Positions 29,963-39,512 of a DNA stretch of 64,000 bases are shown in pieces. The notes below the pieces were generated by a model. That model was not told the DNA's origin. It was given only the letters and a program-made list of their open reading frames with translations, and searched no databases. The position numbers and the translations under genes were made by a program. Each line of letters starts with the position of its first letter. Position 1 is the stretch's first letter. Source of the stretch: an uncultured Candidatus Saccharibacteria bacterium (lineage in GTDB: Bacteria; Patescibacteriota; Minisyncoccia; Phycocordibacterales; JAKAEA01); NCBI GenBank assembly GCA_964532205.1, contig CAZHGQ010000001.1, positions 49,962-113,961 on the forward strand. Direction: 5' to 3'.

Positions 29963-30538
29963 ATGGTTTCGCTCTACAAAGATAAAATCAAACGCTTCTA
30001 CGACCGTAACCGCATCATGCCCACATACCGGGATATGATGGAAATGTTCGGTCTTAAGTCCAAGAACGCCGTCTTTAAGCTGGTTAATAAGCTCGTGGGC
30101 GAGGGTTATATCGAAAAGGATATAAACGGCCGTTTGGTGCCAACAGATAAGTTCTTGGGCGGTTTAAAGGTTCTCGGTGCTGTTGAAGCCGGTTTCCCAA
30201 CACCGGCTGAAGAAGACTTGGCTGAGAGCATGAGTTTGGACAATTATCTTATTCCAAACAAAGAGGCAACCTTCATGCTCCGAGTCAGCGGCGAATCAAT
30301 GATTGATGCTGGTATCCACCCAGGCGACATGCTGATTGTTGAGCGCCGCACCGATGCCAATGATGGTGACATCGTTGTAGCTTTCACTGATGGTGGTTAC
30401 ACAGTGAAATTTTTACGTAAACGGGCTGGTCGAGTCTGGCTTGAAGCGGCCAACAATGAATTCAGAGACATTGTACCCGCAGACGAGCAAGAGTTACGTA
30501 TTATGGCAGTCGTTAAAGCAGTTATTAGAAAATATTAA
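29963..30538 (+). CDS. lexA: LexA-family repressor with UmuD-like S24 domain
   Basis: MPTYR...GLKSK wHTH, VEAGFPTPA cleavage site, GESM catalytic Ser, TVK Lys. Confidence 0.88.
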   Translation: MVSLYKDKIKRFYDRNRIMPTYRDMMEMFGLKSKNAVFKLVNKLVGEGYIEKDINGRLVPTDKFLGGLKVLGAVEAGFPTPAEEDLAESMSLDNYLIPNKEATFMLRVSGESMIDAGIHPGDMLIVERRTDANDGDIVVAFTDGGYTVKFLRKRAGRVWLEAANNEFRDIVPADEQELRIMAVVKAVIRKY

Positions 30539-30547
30539 TCATACACT

Positions 30548-30748
30548 ATGAGCAAATCACAACTTAAATACACTCTTAAGCAGGAATTGCGAAAAGTAAA
30601 TGAGGTTATCGACAAGAAAATTGTGCGCGGTCTTCCATACAATAAAGAGGCCCGCTACCACAAGGTCTTGTTGGCTCGATTATCAGTTATCAATCGCAGC
30701 AGTTTCTTATCACGCATGAAGATGGTCTCAGCCTTTATGGTGTTTTAA
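30548..30748 (+). CDS. Small basic hypothetical protein
   Basis: 66 aa, tightly coupled to neighbours. Confidence 0.65.
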   Translation: MSKSQLKYTLKQELRKVNEVIDKKIVRGLPYNKEARYHKVLLARLSVINRSSFLSRMKMVSAFMVF

Positions 30749-31308
30749 TGACAATGTTGAGCTATAACGATATCCATTATCTTATACGCCGCAGTCATCG
30801 AGCTCGTCGAGCCAGCATTACCGTACACCACACAAAAGGCGTAATCATTACCTTGCCTTTATTGGCGCCGTCATTTGTAGCTGACCGTATTATTTCTCAA
30901 CGCTTACCATGGATCGTCGCTACCCAAAAAAGACTAGAGTCTCGTTTCAGGAACCGAATTATCATCAAGCAGTCGCAACGGGAGTATCAATTAATAAAAT
31001 ACAAAACTCTGTTACTCGTTTTACGACGCCTTGATTATTACAATACCTATTACAAATTACCAATCAGCAATGTCCGTGTTAAAAATTTACAATCACGATG
31101 GGGGAGTTGCTCATCAAAAGCCAACCTCAATTTTAACTACTCTTTGATCCATTTACCTGAACGATTGGTTGATTATGTGGTCGTCCACGAACTCTGTCAT
31201 ATTAAGGAACTCAATCACGGATCACAATTTTGGAATTTGGTGGCCCAAACCATTCCAGATTACCAATTTCGTCGTCAGGAGCTCAAAGAGAAATATTTGC
31301 CGCTGTAA
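30748..31308 (+). CDS. YgjP/DUF45-like metal-dependent hydrolase
   Basis: SRWGSCS, DYVVVHELCH..E.NH..FW. Confidence 0.88.
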   Translation: MTMLSYNDIHYLIRRSHRARRASITVHHTKGVIITLPLLAPSFVADRIISQRLPWIVATQKRLESRFRNRIIIKQSQREYQLIKYKTLLLVLRRLDYYNTYYKLPISNVRVKNLQSRWGSCSSKANLNFNYSLIHLPERLVDYVVVHELCHIKELNHGSQFWNLVAQTIPDYQFRRQELKEKYLPL

Positions 31309-31309
31309 T

Positions 31310-32602
31310 ATGCCGCCATTTTCTCACTACTCATCATTTCCTAAAGCTATTGTTCACGTCGACGGTGATGCCTTTTTTGCCAGCTGCGAAATCGCTCAAA
31401 ATGAATCCCTGCGTGGTAAGCCTGTTGTCACCGGCACTCAAAAAGGTATTGCTACTGCCATTACATACGAGGCTCGAGCTTTGGGCATTTCGCGTGGCAT
31501 GCGGATTTCAGAAATTAAAAAACTCTATCCGCAGGTTATTGTCACTGAATCAAACTATGATCTGTACGGCATAACTGCCCGTCGTGTTTACAACATTGTG
31601 CGCCGCTACACACCAGATGTTGAAGAATACAGTGTCGACGAGTGTTTTGCTGATATCACTGGCATGCGCCACAGCCTGCACATGTCATATCAAGATATCG
31701 CAGCTGCTATTAAACACGATTTAGAAGCTGATTTGGGTATGACATTTTCTGTGGGTTTGGCCCCAACCAAAGTCCTGGCCAAAGTTGCCTCAAAGTGGCA
31801 AAAGCCAGCCGGTTTTACTGTAATTCCGACCAAAAAAATTGCTGAATTTCTTAAACCCATTCCAATAGGGAAGATCTGGGGGATTGGACCTAATACTTCG
31901 GCTTTTTTGCAAAAACATGGCATTACTACTGCCCTACAATTTGCTGAAAAACCGGAATGGTGGGTGAATGAGCATTTGTCTAAGCCCCATAAAGAAATCT
32001 GGCACGAATTACGCGGTGAGCAGGTTATGGATGTGCATGTTTTTAATACCCACAAACACAAATCGATCATGCGCACTCGCACATTTCGACCACCGACGAA
32101 TGATCGTACCTTTTTATTGTCCGAATTAGCTAAAAATGTTGAACAGGCTTGCGAACGACTACGCCGCTATGGTTTGGTAGCTCGTGAAGCTCGAGTTTTT
32201 CTTAAAACTCAGAAAGAATTCCGTTATAAAAATATGGAACTCATATTTGATCAAGCTCTTAACACACCACAATCAATCATGGCACTAATTGAGCAACATA
32301 TATCCAAGATTTATTCATCAGACATAATATATCGCTCATCAGGCATTGTCTTTCACAGTATTACACCGCTCAATGTCGAACAACAAAGCCTGTTTATCAC
32401 GCCACAAACATCAAATATCGGTTCACTCAAAGCAATCTACGAAACAGTTGATGACGTGAACCGTCGCCAAGGTAGTATTGCCGTCTTTTCAGCTCGTAGT
32501 TTGCAGTCTCGCGCCCATCGACGTAGTCAAATTACTTCACCAGACCCCATAATCGCTTTAGCTGAGCGGTTGGGCATACCATATTGGGGCGAAGCTCGAT
32601 AA
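31310..32602 (+). CDS. dinB: Y-family DNA polymerase (DinB/UmuC-like)
   Basis: HVDGDAFFASCE, YEAR, YSVDE, KVLAKVAS..QKP; start moved to ATG 31310. Confidence 0.88.
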   Translation: MPPFSHYSSFPKAIVHVDGDAFFASCEIAQNESLRGKPVVTGTQKGIATAITYEARALGISRGMRISEIKKLYPQVIVTESNYDLYGITARRVYNIVRRYTPDVEEYSVDECFADITGMRHSLHMSYQDIAAAIKHDLEADLGMTFSVGLAPTKVLAKVASKWQKPAGFTVIPTKKIAEFLKPIPIGKIWGIGPNTSAFLQKHGITTALQFAEKPEWWVNEHLSKPHKEIWHELRGEQVMDVHVFNTHKHKSIMRTRTFRPPTNDRTFLLSELAKNVEQACERLRRYGLVAREARVFLKTQKEFRYKNMELIFDQALNTPQSIMALIEQHISKIYSSDIIYRSSGIVFHSITPLNVEQQSLFITPQTSNIGSLKAIYETVDDVNRRQGSIAVFSARSLQSRAHRRSQITSPDPIIALAERLGIPYWGEAR

Positions 32603-32622
32603 TTGCTATTATTAAGAGATAT

Positions 32623-32838
32623 ATGGTTTACCCAACCAAAGAGCATCGTAACGAATTATTGGTACGCAAACGTATAAGTAATCCAAAAACGTGGTCCTGG
32701 GGTAAACTCGGCCAACATTTTGCTATTCATCGTTCAGTCGCTAAAGAAATTTTTATGCGCGACTTGGAAAAATTCGCTACAGAAGAGGAGATAGAGCGCT
32801 ATCAAAAATTTGTACTCAAGTATTTACCTGGTCAATAA
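32623..32838 (+). CDS. Small hypothetical protein, possible HTH
   Basis: WSWGKLGQHFAIHRSVA helix-turn-helix-like pattern. Confidence 0.55.
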   Translation: MVYPTKEHRNELLVRKRISNPKTWSWGKLGQHFAIHRSVAKEIFMRDLEKFATEEEIERYQKFVLKYLPGQ

Positions 32839-32889
32839 AATATGCTATTATAACAAAGGCGTCACAGAGTTCTTTTATGGGAGTTCGTT

Positions 32890-33129
32890 ATGTCTTTCCA
32901 CAATGTTCCTTCAGTATCGGGTAGTGGAGAGCGTAGGGATTCCTTTGCACATCTTAGACATGTGCGGGCCGAGATTAAAAGCCTAACACCTGAAAAGGCG
33001 TTGGCTGAGTATAGCCTGCTTCTGGCTCAAGGAAGCGATTTCGGAAATCCGAATGATATGGACAATGATCCACGTCTTCGGTTTCTCGAACATCGTATCC
33101 GTGAGATCAAGAGAGGAGGTTATAACTAA
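32890..33129 (+). CDS. Hypothetical protein
   Basis: 79 aa, GGGAG SD, terminator acgagccc/gggctcgt + T-run. Confidence 0.65.
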   Translation: MSFHNVPSVSGSGERRDSFAHLRHVRAEIKSLTPEKALAEYSLLLAQGSDFGNPNDMDNDPRLRFLEHRIREIKRGGYN

Positions 33130-33224
33130 CTCATGAGCCCGCTTCGTTCCGACACACACGAGCCCCCGACCGGGCTCGTTTTTTTTACAGAAAAATCTTT
33201 TTAAACATTTTTTCTTACTGGAAA

Positions 33225-33550
33225 TAAAAATACCCCAACAAGTGTAGGGTCTTCAATTTTTAAGCCGATCAACTGGTCAGGTGGCAGTGGTCAAAGAACC
33301 CAACAAATCATAGGTTTGAGCGGTTTATAGGCAAATATAATTAATAGACAATATTTGAGAAACACACCATTGAGTGGTTGATGGTTAGGTACATATAACT
33401 CATATAAACAACTAACCATAGGCTAGGTAAACCTCGTTGCAGATCATTGCAACTATGTAGAGTCTATACGAACCACATTTACTCAGCTATATGGTTCGTA
33501 AAAGATATATTGTGCGAACTATACTCTAGGGAGTAAGATGGGTCCCCTAA
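33225..33550 (-). ncRNA. Possible multi-hairpin non-coding RNA
   Basis: Hairpins atggttag/ctaaccat, gttgca/tgcaac, tacgaacca/tggttcgta; minus-strand terminator at 33225-33250; no convincing ORF. Confidence 0.35.
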
Positions 33551-33636
33551 AAGTTATCCACAGGTCACTAATTTTTAAATAATATGTCAAGGATCTGGTT
33601 TTTAAAAAATGTTTGGCAAAATTTATTTATATTATT

Positions 33637-33675
33637 TTAGAATAATTAATTAGAAAACCAAATTAATTATTCTAA
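33637..33675. repeat. 15-bp AT-rich perfect inverted repeat, 9-nt spacer
   Basis: ttagaataattaatt / aattaattattctaa. Confidence 0.8.
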
Positions 33676-33933
33676 TTATTTTGCTAGTGCCTTTGTGTAT
33701 AAAAACTTAACCCCTTCCCTTTTTTTGGCCTGGGGGGTGGGGTTGTGATGCAACCGATATATCTTTAATGATATAGTGACCCCTTTTACAAAAAGCTGTG
33801 ATGCGATCTTTATCTCGAATTACATATTGCAGCCATTTTAAGCATCCGAGTATAAAGATACAAAACGTTGAGATTATAAAACTCGCTGTTATATCAACCT
33901 TGATATATAACTCGTGATATACAACTATGAATA

Positions 33934-35031
33934 TTATTTGAGCGTTTTAGTAACGAGATTAGGAGTTGTTGAGGCAGTCACAACGGTAAACTGAACACGG
34001 CCAATCTTTTGACCATTTAACGTCTCAACATCAACGCGCCATTTGCCCGGCATTAAACTAGCTTTCTGCGAATAGGTACGGTACCCTTCACCACGACCAC
34101 CAAATATTGGCAGCTTAACCGTATTTTGTGTAACCCAATGTTTTGTTTGTTCATTGTAACGCTGCCAACTATGAACAATGGTTGTATTTAAACTTGTCGG
34201 TGAGAATACTGCGCTGTACACATATGCCGTCTCGCCTGGAACAGCTTGAAATGTTTTAGAAAAAGAAAAATACTCAAGAAAGGCATTGCGTGGCTCGGTC
34301 GTGACTTCATATTCACCGTCATGATTGCGTACAACAGCGTGATAAACCCCAGCATCTTTTAGCGATAAAGGTAGTGGTGGAATAAGGTTGGTAAAGTACA
34401 AAGTGTTAATGATCGCCGTAATGAAAATAATACTTACAAAGATACCAATTCTACTTTGGTTATATTGTTGAGTATTAAAATATCGCAACGATGACACAAA
34501 GAACGCTATTGATATCAAACTCACGATACCAGCTAGAATAAATGAAAAGACACCAATTGAGTGCACCACGATTGGCACAATAAAAATGAAGAAGGCATAG
34601 ATCGACAAGAACAGCATGCCGATTTGAAATGTTAAGCGAGAGTAGCGATGCTTGAGTAATTCATTGGCCGTAAAAGCTAGACATAGTAAAAGCAAAAATG
34701 GCCAGCTAGCCGAAAGTGTGGCACTACGGAAATAAAAGACCAGCACAGCACTCAACAAACCACCGAATGCAAACTGGATAGCAATAATCAACCAGAAGTG
34801 CATCTTGCTATAGTGTCGACTATTCTTTTTGGTGGCCTCCACGTAATTAATAAGCAGCATGGCCACAGCAGCAATCAATAAGTGACCGCCAACCCAAACA
34901 TTCTCCCAGAGTTTATCGACTCGCTCCAAAGCAATAAAATCAAAAATGAAACCGCCAACTAGCGACAATGAGGAGATTAATCGCTCATTGCGTAAATAAA
35001 AATCTTTAACTGGTTGAATAATTCGTCTCAT
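33934..35031 (-). CDS. DUF2914-family membrane protein
   Basis: Multi-TM N-terminus; C-terminal GGR.EGYRTYS.K...PGKWRVDV. Confidence 0.82.
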   Translation of the reverse strand: MRRIIQPVKDFYLRNERLISSLSLVGGFIFDFIALERVDKLWENVWVGGHLLIAAVAMLLINYVEATKKNSRHYSKMHFWLIIAIQFAFGGLLSAVLVFYFRSATLSASWPFLLLLCLAFTANELLKHRYSRLTFQIGMLFLSIYAFFIFIVPIVVHSIGVFSFILAGIVSLISIAFFVSSLRYFNTQQYNQSRIGIFVSIIFITAIINTLYFTNLIPPLPLSLKDAGVYHAVVRNHDGEYEVTTEPRNAFLEYFSFSKTFQAVPGETAYVYSAVFSPTSLNTTIVHSWQRYNEQTKHWVTQNTVKLPIFGGRGEGYRTYSQKASLMPGKWRVDVETLNGQKIGRVQFTVVTASTTPNLVTKTLK

Positions 35032-35036
35032 GGCAT

Positions 35037-35651
35037 TTATTGGAGTAACTCTTTCACAATCGGATAAAACCGATCAGCCATTACCACATAACCCACATCG
35101 TTGGGATGAACGCTATCAGACATGTACTGCGGCTTATTGATAATACCCGTCAGAACATTTGGTACATAGGCGGTATGATATGTCTCAGCCAAACGTTTAA
35201 ACTCCGACTTGTACATATCGGTAAAAATACCGCCCTGAATGCCGCCAAGCACCACAATGGCACCGGCATTTTGTAATTTCATAATAATCTGTTCAATATT
35301 TTTAAACGTTTCGATCTGCGGCACGTGCTGGAGTGCATCATTTCCACCAATAACGACAATGACAATTTTGGGATTATAGTCGATCACATCCTGCACCCGG
35401 GCTAGGGCATCAGCAGAAGTATCCCCACTTACTCCCTCATTAATAATCGGCACCTTAAGCTTTTGTGACAAAACCGAGACATAATTTGCGTCAGGGGCTG
35501 AAGCACCAACACCCGACGTCAAACTATCACCAAAAGCCACAATCGTGCTACCCTTTGAGGGATAATTTGTAATTGGTTGTTTTCGATTAATATACAAAAA
35601 ACCACCAATTACGATAGCTACTATAAGTCCTAGGCCAACAATTTTATTCAT
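35037..35651 (-). CDS. SGNH/GDSL esterase
   Basis: FGDSLT, GVSGD, GGND, DSVHPN. Confidence 0.92.
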   Translation of the reverse strand: MNKIVGLGLIVAIVIGGFLYINRKQPITNYPSKGSTIVAFGDSLTSGVGASAPDANYVSVLSQKLKVPIINEGVSGDTSADALARVQDVIDYNPKIVIVVIGGNDALQHVPQIETFKNIEQIIMKLQNAGAIVVLGGIQGGIFTDMYKSEFKRLAETYHTAYVPNVLTGIINKPQYMSDSVHPNDVGYVVMADRFYPIVKELLQ

Positions 35652-36334
35652 TGTGATAAATAATGGGTTCGTAGAGCGGGTGTAAAACGCTCAATTGCAT
35701 ACCGCAGTGTTGTCCGCGGCATATGATTAACGTGTTCGTCCAAGTATGAACGCAACACTGCTACATCCCGCTTCCCAACTTCACGCAACATCCAACCAAC
35801 GGCCTTGTGAATTAAATCATGAGTATCTGATAACAGTATTGTAGCAATCTTTAAGGTATCAGTGAATGAATTACAAACAATAAATGCGTGGGTGGCCACA
35901 ATAGCAATACGTCGCTCCCAGATATTTTTTGACACAGCCAGGGAATAGAGTTTTTGACGAGGTTTATCGAGCAAGTATTCCCCCACCACTGTCCGGGCTG
36001 ATAAATCAACTAAATCCCAATTATTTATCCGTGCAGTGTGTGACAAATAAAATGTATAGACAGCCTTGGCATTTATTTTGGCTTGGATGACAAGAATTTC
36101 CAAAGCACACAAACGGCATTCATGGACTTTGTGTTGTAACAGTTTTTTCACTTCTAACAATGCCAAATCTTTATACCGGGTAGCAATCGTTCTAACCTGA
36201 GGCACCGAGAGACCCCAAAATATATCCCCTGCCCCGTATTCACCTGGCTTAATTTTAAAATAGCCAGCTAAAGACTTGGCCTTCTTCGTGTTCTTGTATT
36301 TACCAATTTCTTTGACGACATCTGTCGCTTTCAT
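35648..36334 (-). CDS. AlkD-like DNA alkylation repair protein
   Basis: NNWDLVD, WERR, DLIHKAVGWMLRE, MPRTTLRYAIE. Confidence 0.9.
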   Translation of the reverse strand: MKATDVVKEIGKYKNTKKAKSLAGYFKIKPGEYGAGDIFWGLSVPQVRTIATRYKDLALLEVKKLLQHKVHECRLCALEILVIQAKINAKAVYTFYLSHTARINNWDLVDLSARTVVGEYLLDKPRQKLYSLAVSKNIWERRIAIVATHAFIVCNSFTDTLKIATILLSDTHDLIHKAVGWMLREVGKRDVAVLRSYLDEHVNHMPRTTLRYAIERFTPALRTHYLSQ

Positions 36335-36335
36335 A

Positions 36336-37643
36336 TTAAAGTAACCTAAATAATTCGCTGTGAATATTAGACTCAGGAACACCGCGTTTTTTGGCCTGAT
36401 CAATCAAAGCAGTCATCATACCAGCTGGGCCACAAATAAAAATACTTGTATCAGCTAATGACACAGTTTTAGTAATTGCCTCAATAGAAATAAAACCGTC
36501 GCGCGGAGTCAACCAAAAGTGAACATTAATATTCGGTTGTTGCTGGACAATTGCTTCTAATTCGGACTTGAAAACCCAGTCTTGTTCATATTGTGCTGAG
36601 AAAAAGAGATCGACTGAATATTCGCTGCTGTGGGTATCACGCAAAGTTCGAGCCATGCCAATAAATGGTGTAATGCCAATTCCGCCAGCAATCCAAATTT
36701 GTTTTTTGTGAGCCGCCAGAGTGTAAGTAAAGCCTCCAAACGGCCCTTGAATTAATGCACTCGCACCGGGTTTAAGTGTTTTGAGTTTCTGAGTGAAATC
36801 ACCAATTGCTTTAGCCGAGATTCGCAACTGCCCCTCATGAGGTGATGCGGTGATTGAAAATGGGTGGTCTTCATTGGGAAAACCTTTTTGCACAAAACGC
36901 ACAAAAATAAACTGACCAGCCTTAAATGCAACTGGCTGTTGTGGTTGCATCACTACTTCGGTAACCAAACCATTTAAATCTGTAACAGCGGTCACGTTCG
37001 CTTTAATATGATAAGCCAACCACCGACGTAATACCGTGCGCCAGACCCAGCTTATAAAAGCTAGTACCAATAATGTCAGTACATACCATCGCAATGGTTG
37101 AAAACGGCCGATATCTGAACCGATTAAGTAAGCATGCAGGGCGCCGACGAAGAAAAAGGCACCGAGGTAAATGTGAATATGTTTAAGCCATTCATAGCTG
37201 TAACGCTTACTAAAGAAAAGTGTATTGATAATAATAAGCGACATACCAACAATAGCAATCTTGCCCAACGTCAATTGTATATATGTGAAATCAAAAAAGA
37301 ATTTCACAATATCCCAGAGCGTTTCTTGGTAAACATTGTAAAGAATCAAAGCCACGTGACCGAGCAGTAAATAAAGGGCCATCTTCCCCATTCGATAATG
37401 GAAGTCATACAATTTATCCAAACCGTAAAACAGTCGATCGAAGAATTTATAGCGACCAGACAACAAAAGATTACCAGCATAAAAACACACGCCCACAACT
37501 CCCAAAACTCTAGCCAACAAGCCGGCTACAGCCGAGACAGAAGAAATAGATAAAGGCCACACAGCCCACAGCCATAATGACAGCGGGATGAGGCCAAAGA
37601 CTAGATAAAAGAAGTATTTTCCGCGACGCTCACGGATATGCAT
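36336..37643 (-). CDS. Ferric reductase-like membrane flavocytochrome
   Basis: TM domain with His pairs, HPFSI, GDFT, GPFG, AGGIGITP, ICGP. Confidence 0.9.
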   Translation of the reverse strand: MHIRERRGKYFFYLVFGLIPLSLWLWAVWPLSISSVSAVAGLLARVLGVVGVCFYAGNLLLSGRYKFFDRLFYGLDKLYDFHYRMGKMALYLLLGHVALILYNVYQETLWDIVKFFFDFTYIQLTLGKIAIVGMSLIIINTLFFSKRYSYEWLKHIHIYLGAFFFVGALHAYLIGSDIGRFQPLRWYVLTLLVLAFISWVWRTVLRRWLAYHIKANVTAVTDLNGLVTEVVMQPQQPVAFKAGQFIFVRFVQKGFPNEDHPFSITASPHEGQLRISAKAIGDFTQKLKTLKPGASALIQGPFGGFTYTLAAHKKQIWIAGGIGITPFIGMARTLRDTHSSEYSVDLFFSAQYEQDWVFKSELEAIVQQQPNINVHFWLTPRDGFISIEAITKTVSLADTSIFICGPAGMMTALIDQAKKRGVPESNIHSELFRLL

Positions 37644-37644
37644 G

Positions 37645-38052
37645 TTATTGAGCTAGATCACCGATATAATAGTTTTCGAGTGATTCTCGAGCTTCACGTG
37701 GATGTGGTGTACCATTACCGCGAGTATTAAAGAGTTTAGTGCCATCTTTACCACAAGCCTGTGTAATTGCTACTCCACCTGGGTGAGTTGGAACCGCTGC
37801 CGCAATATCATAAACCTTGCCGGAAATTACTGTCCAGCAGTCGGCAGCAGTAGCGTGAGCCGCCACTTCTGACAAAGTATATGTTTTAGCGGTCGGGGTT
37901 GTATCGAAGTTTTGAGGTGTTTGAGATGTTTGTTCAGTTGTATTTTGAACGACTGAGGTAGGACGGGTCATTGACCAGACAACACCAGCAATAATAAGAA
38001 CAATAATGATGCCGGCAATCCACCAGCCTAATTTACTTTTTTGTGTTTCCAT
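37645..38052 (-). CDS. Membrane-anchored cytochrome b5-like protein
   Basis: EVAAH...DCW.VISGKVYD...HPGG...CGKDGT. Confidence 0.92.
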   Translation of the reverse strand: METQKSKLGWWIAGIIIVLIIAGVVWSMTRPTSVVQNTTEQTSQTPQNFDTTPTAKTYTLSEVAAHATAADCWTVISGKVYDIAAAVPTHPGGVAITQACGKDGTKLFNTRGNGTPHPREARESLENYYIGDLAQ

Positions 38053-38109
38053 AAATAAAAAATGTGCTTATACACTATAGTATACAGCACTTTGCCCGGT
38101 TTTGGTGCA

Positions 38110-38607
38110 CTATTTGAAAGCTAGCGGCTCAGAAACCTTCTTGATCCAACACTGTTTCGATTCATTCCAATGGTGTAGACCAGACTTTGTGGCAATCTTT
38201 AAGCCACACCGCATATTATCTTTTGGATCAAAGACATTACCTTCACAAGCAAAGCTGTCCCAAGTACCATCAATAATCTGCAGCAGACCCTTGGCCGAAC
38301 TATTTGGGTTCTTAGCCTTGGGATTATTCTCTGATTCACACTGAGCAATGGCCGCCAAGATCAAACCGACATCCTGACCAACGGGTATAGGCATGTAGCG
38401 AACCTTACCTGTTTTTGGCACAGGATAACGCTCAAACGCCTGGGTTAGAGTTGAAACCTCTATGGATGAGGTCGGGGGTGTAATCGCTGAGACTGTTGGA
38501 ACTGTTGTGGCAGCTGCTTCAGTGTAGCGGATATCAGTAAATGTGCCCGGAAAGCCTATACCTAGCGCTATCACGGCCATTACCAGAGTTAGGGGGTATG
38601 TTTTCAT
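38110..38607 (-). CDS. Secreted lysozyme-like/SLT transglycosylase domain protein
   Basis: IAQCES, NPNSSAKGLLQI..TW; start moved to ATG 38607 after GGAGGGG. Confidence 0.8.
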   Translation of the reverse strand: MKTYPLTLVMAVIALGIGFPGTFTDIRYTEAAATTVPTVSAITPPTSSIEVSTLTQAFERYPVPKTGKVRYMPIPVGQDVGLILAAIAQCESENNPKAKNPNSSAKGLLQIIDGTWDSFACEGNVFDPKDNMRCGLKIATKSGLHHWNESKQCWIKKVSEPLAFK

Positions 38608-38747
38608 ACGGCAACCCCTCCATAGGGGTAGACAAGGAACAATGGTAGCACCTTGCCTGCCGGATCGGTATATTGACAAAAATTTAGTCTCTCGGCTGGT
38701 TTTTGGCCGATTTTGTCATTTTTTACCAAGTTTTAGACCACAAATCC

Positions 38748-39023
38748 TTAGTCTAAGTCAAAAGTTAAGCTCTGGAGGTGCTTTTCTTCTTCGGCCAAGA
38801 CAGTCTGCCAAAGTTCGTGGTTATTTGTTTCTACCGCTTCCTTCTTCTGTTTGCGGTTATCGTTGACGGTTATCAGCATTTTTGGCTCCTTTTCAAAAAG
38901 TTGAGCCGGGTGAGCCAGATTTGGTTCAGAGATCTCGGCAAAAATAGCTATGAGATCAAACTTGTCCTGTGGTTCGAGTTTTGAGGCATCGATACAAGCC
39001 TTGATGCGATCGAAATTACTCAT
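38748..39023 (-). CDS. Hypothetical protein
   Basis: 91-aa ORF coupled to upstream gene. Confidence 0.7.
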   Translation of the reverse strand: MSNFDRIKACIDASKLEPQDKFDLIAIFAEISEPNLAHPAQLFEKEPKMLITVNDNRKQKKEAVETNNHELWQTVLAEEEKHLQSLTFDLD

Positions 39024-39025
39024 AA

Positions 39026-39439
39026 TTAGTGTTTTTTATGCAAATCAAAGTCTGGGCCAGACGAGTTGTTATTCGTATCCGACTCAATGCGAATGCCATT
39101 GTTATATTTAGGATAGCCAACATTTCCACCAATATGAATGTCAGTCGAATTATTGAACTCATTCTGCGGATGGTTAAAATTGGCCGAAGCTCTAGCATCA
39201 ACTGACGCCTGGTGCATCTGACTCAAAAGTGCATCACGAGCATTTTCCCAGCTGTGATTAAAGTCAATTTTTTCCCCATTCGAAGCACAACCCACGCTTG
39301 TCATCAATGACATAATGCCAGCCAAGACCAGGGCTGACTTTTTATTAATGCGGGCAACTGTTGAACCGAGTTTCTCTTGTTCCTCAGCTACAGCCGTTTC
39401 TGCCAAGGGCAGTTGTTCAGGTGTTGTAAATTTTTCCAT
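39026..39439 (-). CDS. Hypothetical protein with internal hydrophobic/lipobox-like segment
   Basis: KKSALVLAGIMSLMTSVGC. Confidence 0.6.
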   Translation of the reverse strand: MEKFTTPEQLPLAETAVAEEQEKLGSTVARINKKSALVLAGIMSLMTSVGCASNGEKIDFNHSWENARDALLSQMHQASVDARASANFNHPQNEFNNSTDIHIGGNVGYPKYNNGIRIESDTNNNSSGPDFDLHKKH

Positions 39440-39462
39440 GTTTAAATTATAAACCCGAACCG

Positions 39463-39501
39463 AAAAACGCAAAAGGGCCCAAAGGGCCCTTTTGCGTTTT
39501 T
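39463..39501. terminator. 18-bp-arm terminator hairpin
   Basis: aaaaacgcaaaagggccc-aaa-gggcccttttgcgttttt. Confidence 0.85.
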
Positions 39502-39512
39502 ACATTATATGA

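Noticed and set aside
33285-33420. 42-aa minus-strand ORF (MVSCLYELY...) in the gene-free junction
   Set aside because: No SD or properly spaced -10 box, and it overlaps predicted hairpins.
33550-33700. oriC (DnaA box + AT-rich stretch)
   Set aside because: Only one perfect DnaA box, no dnaA/dnaN nearby, and flanking genes converge rather than diverge.
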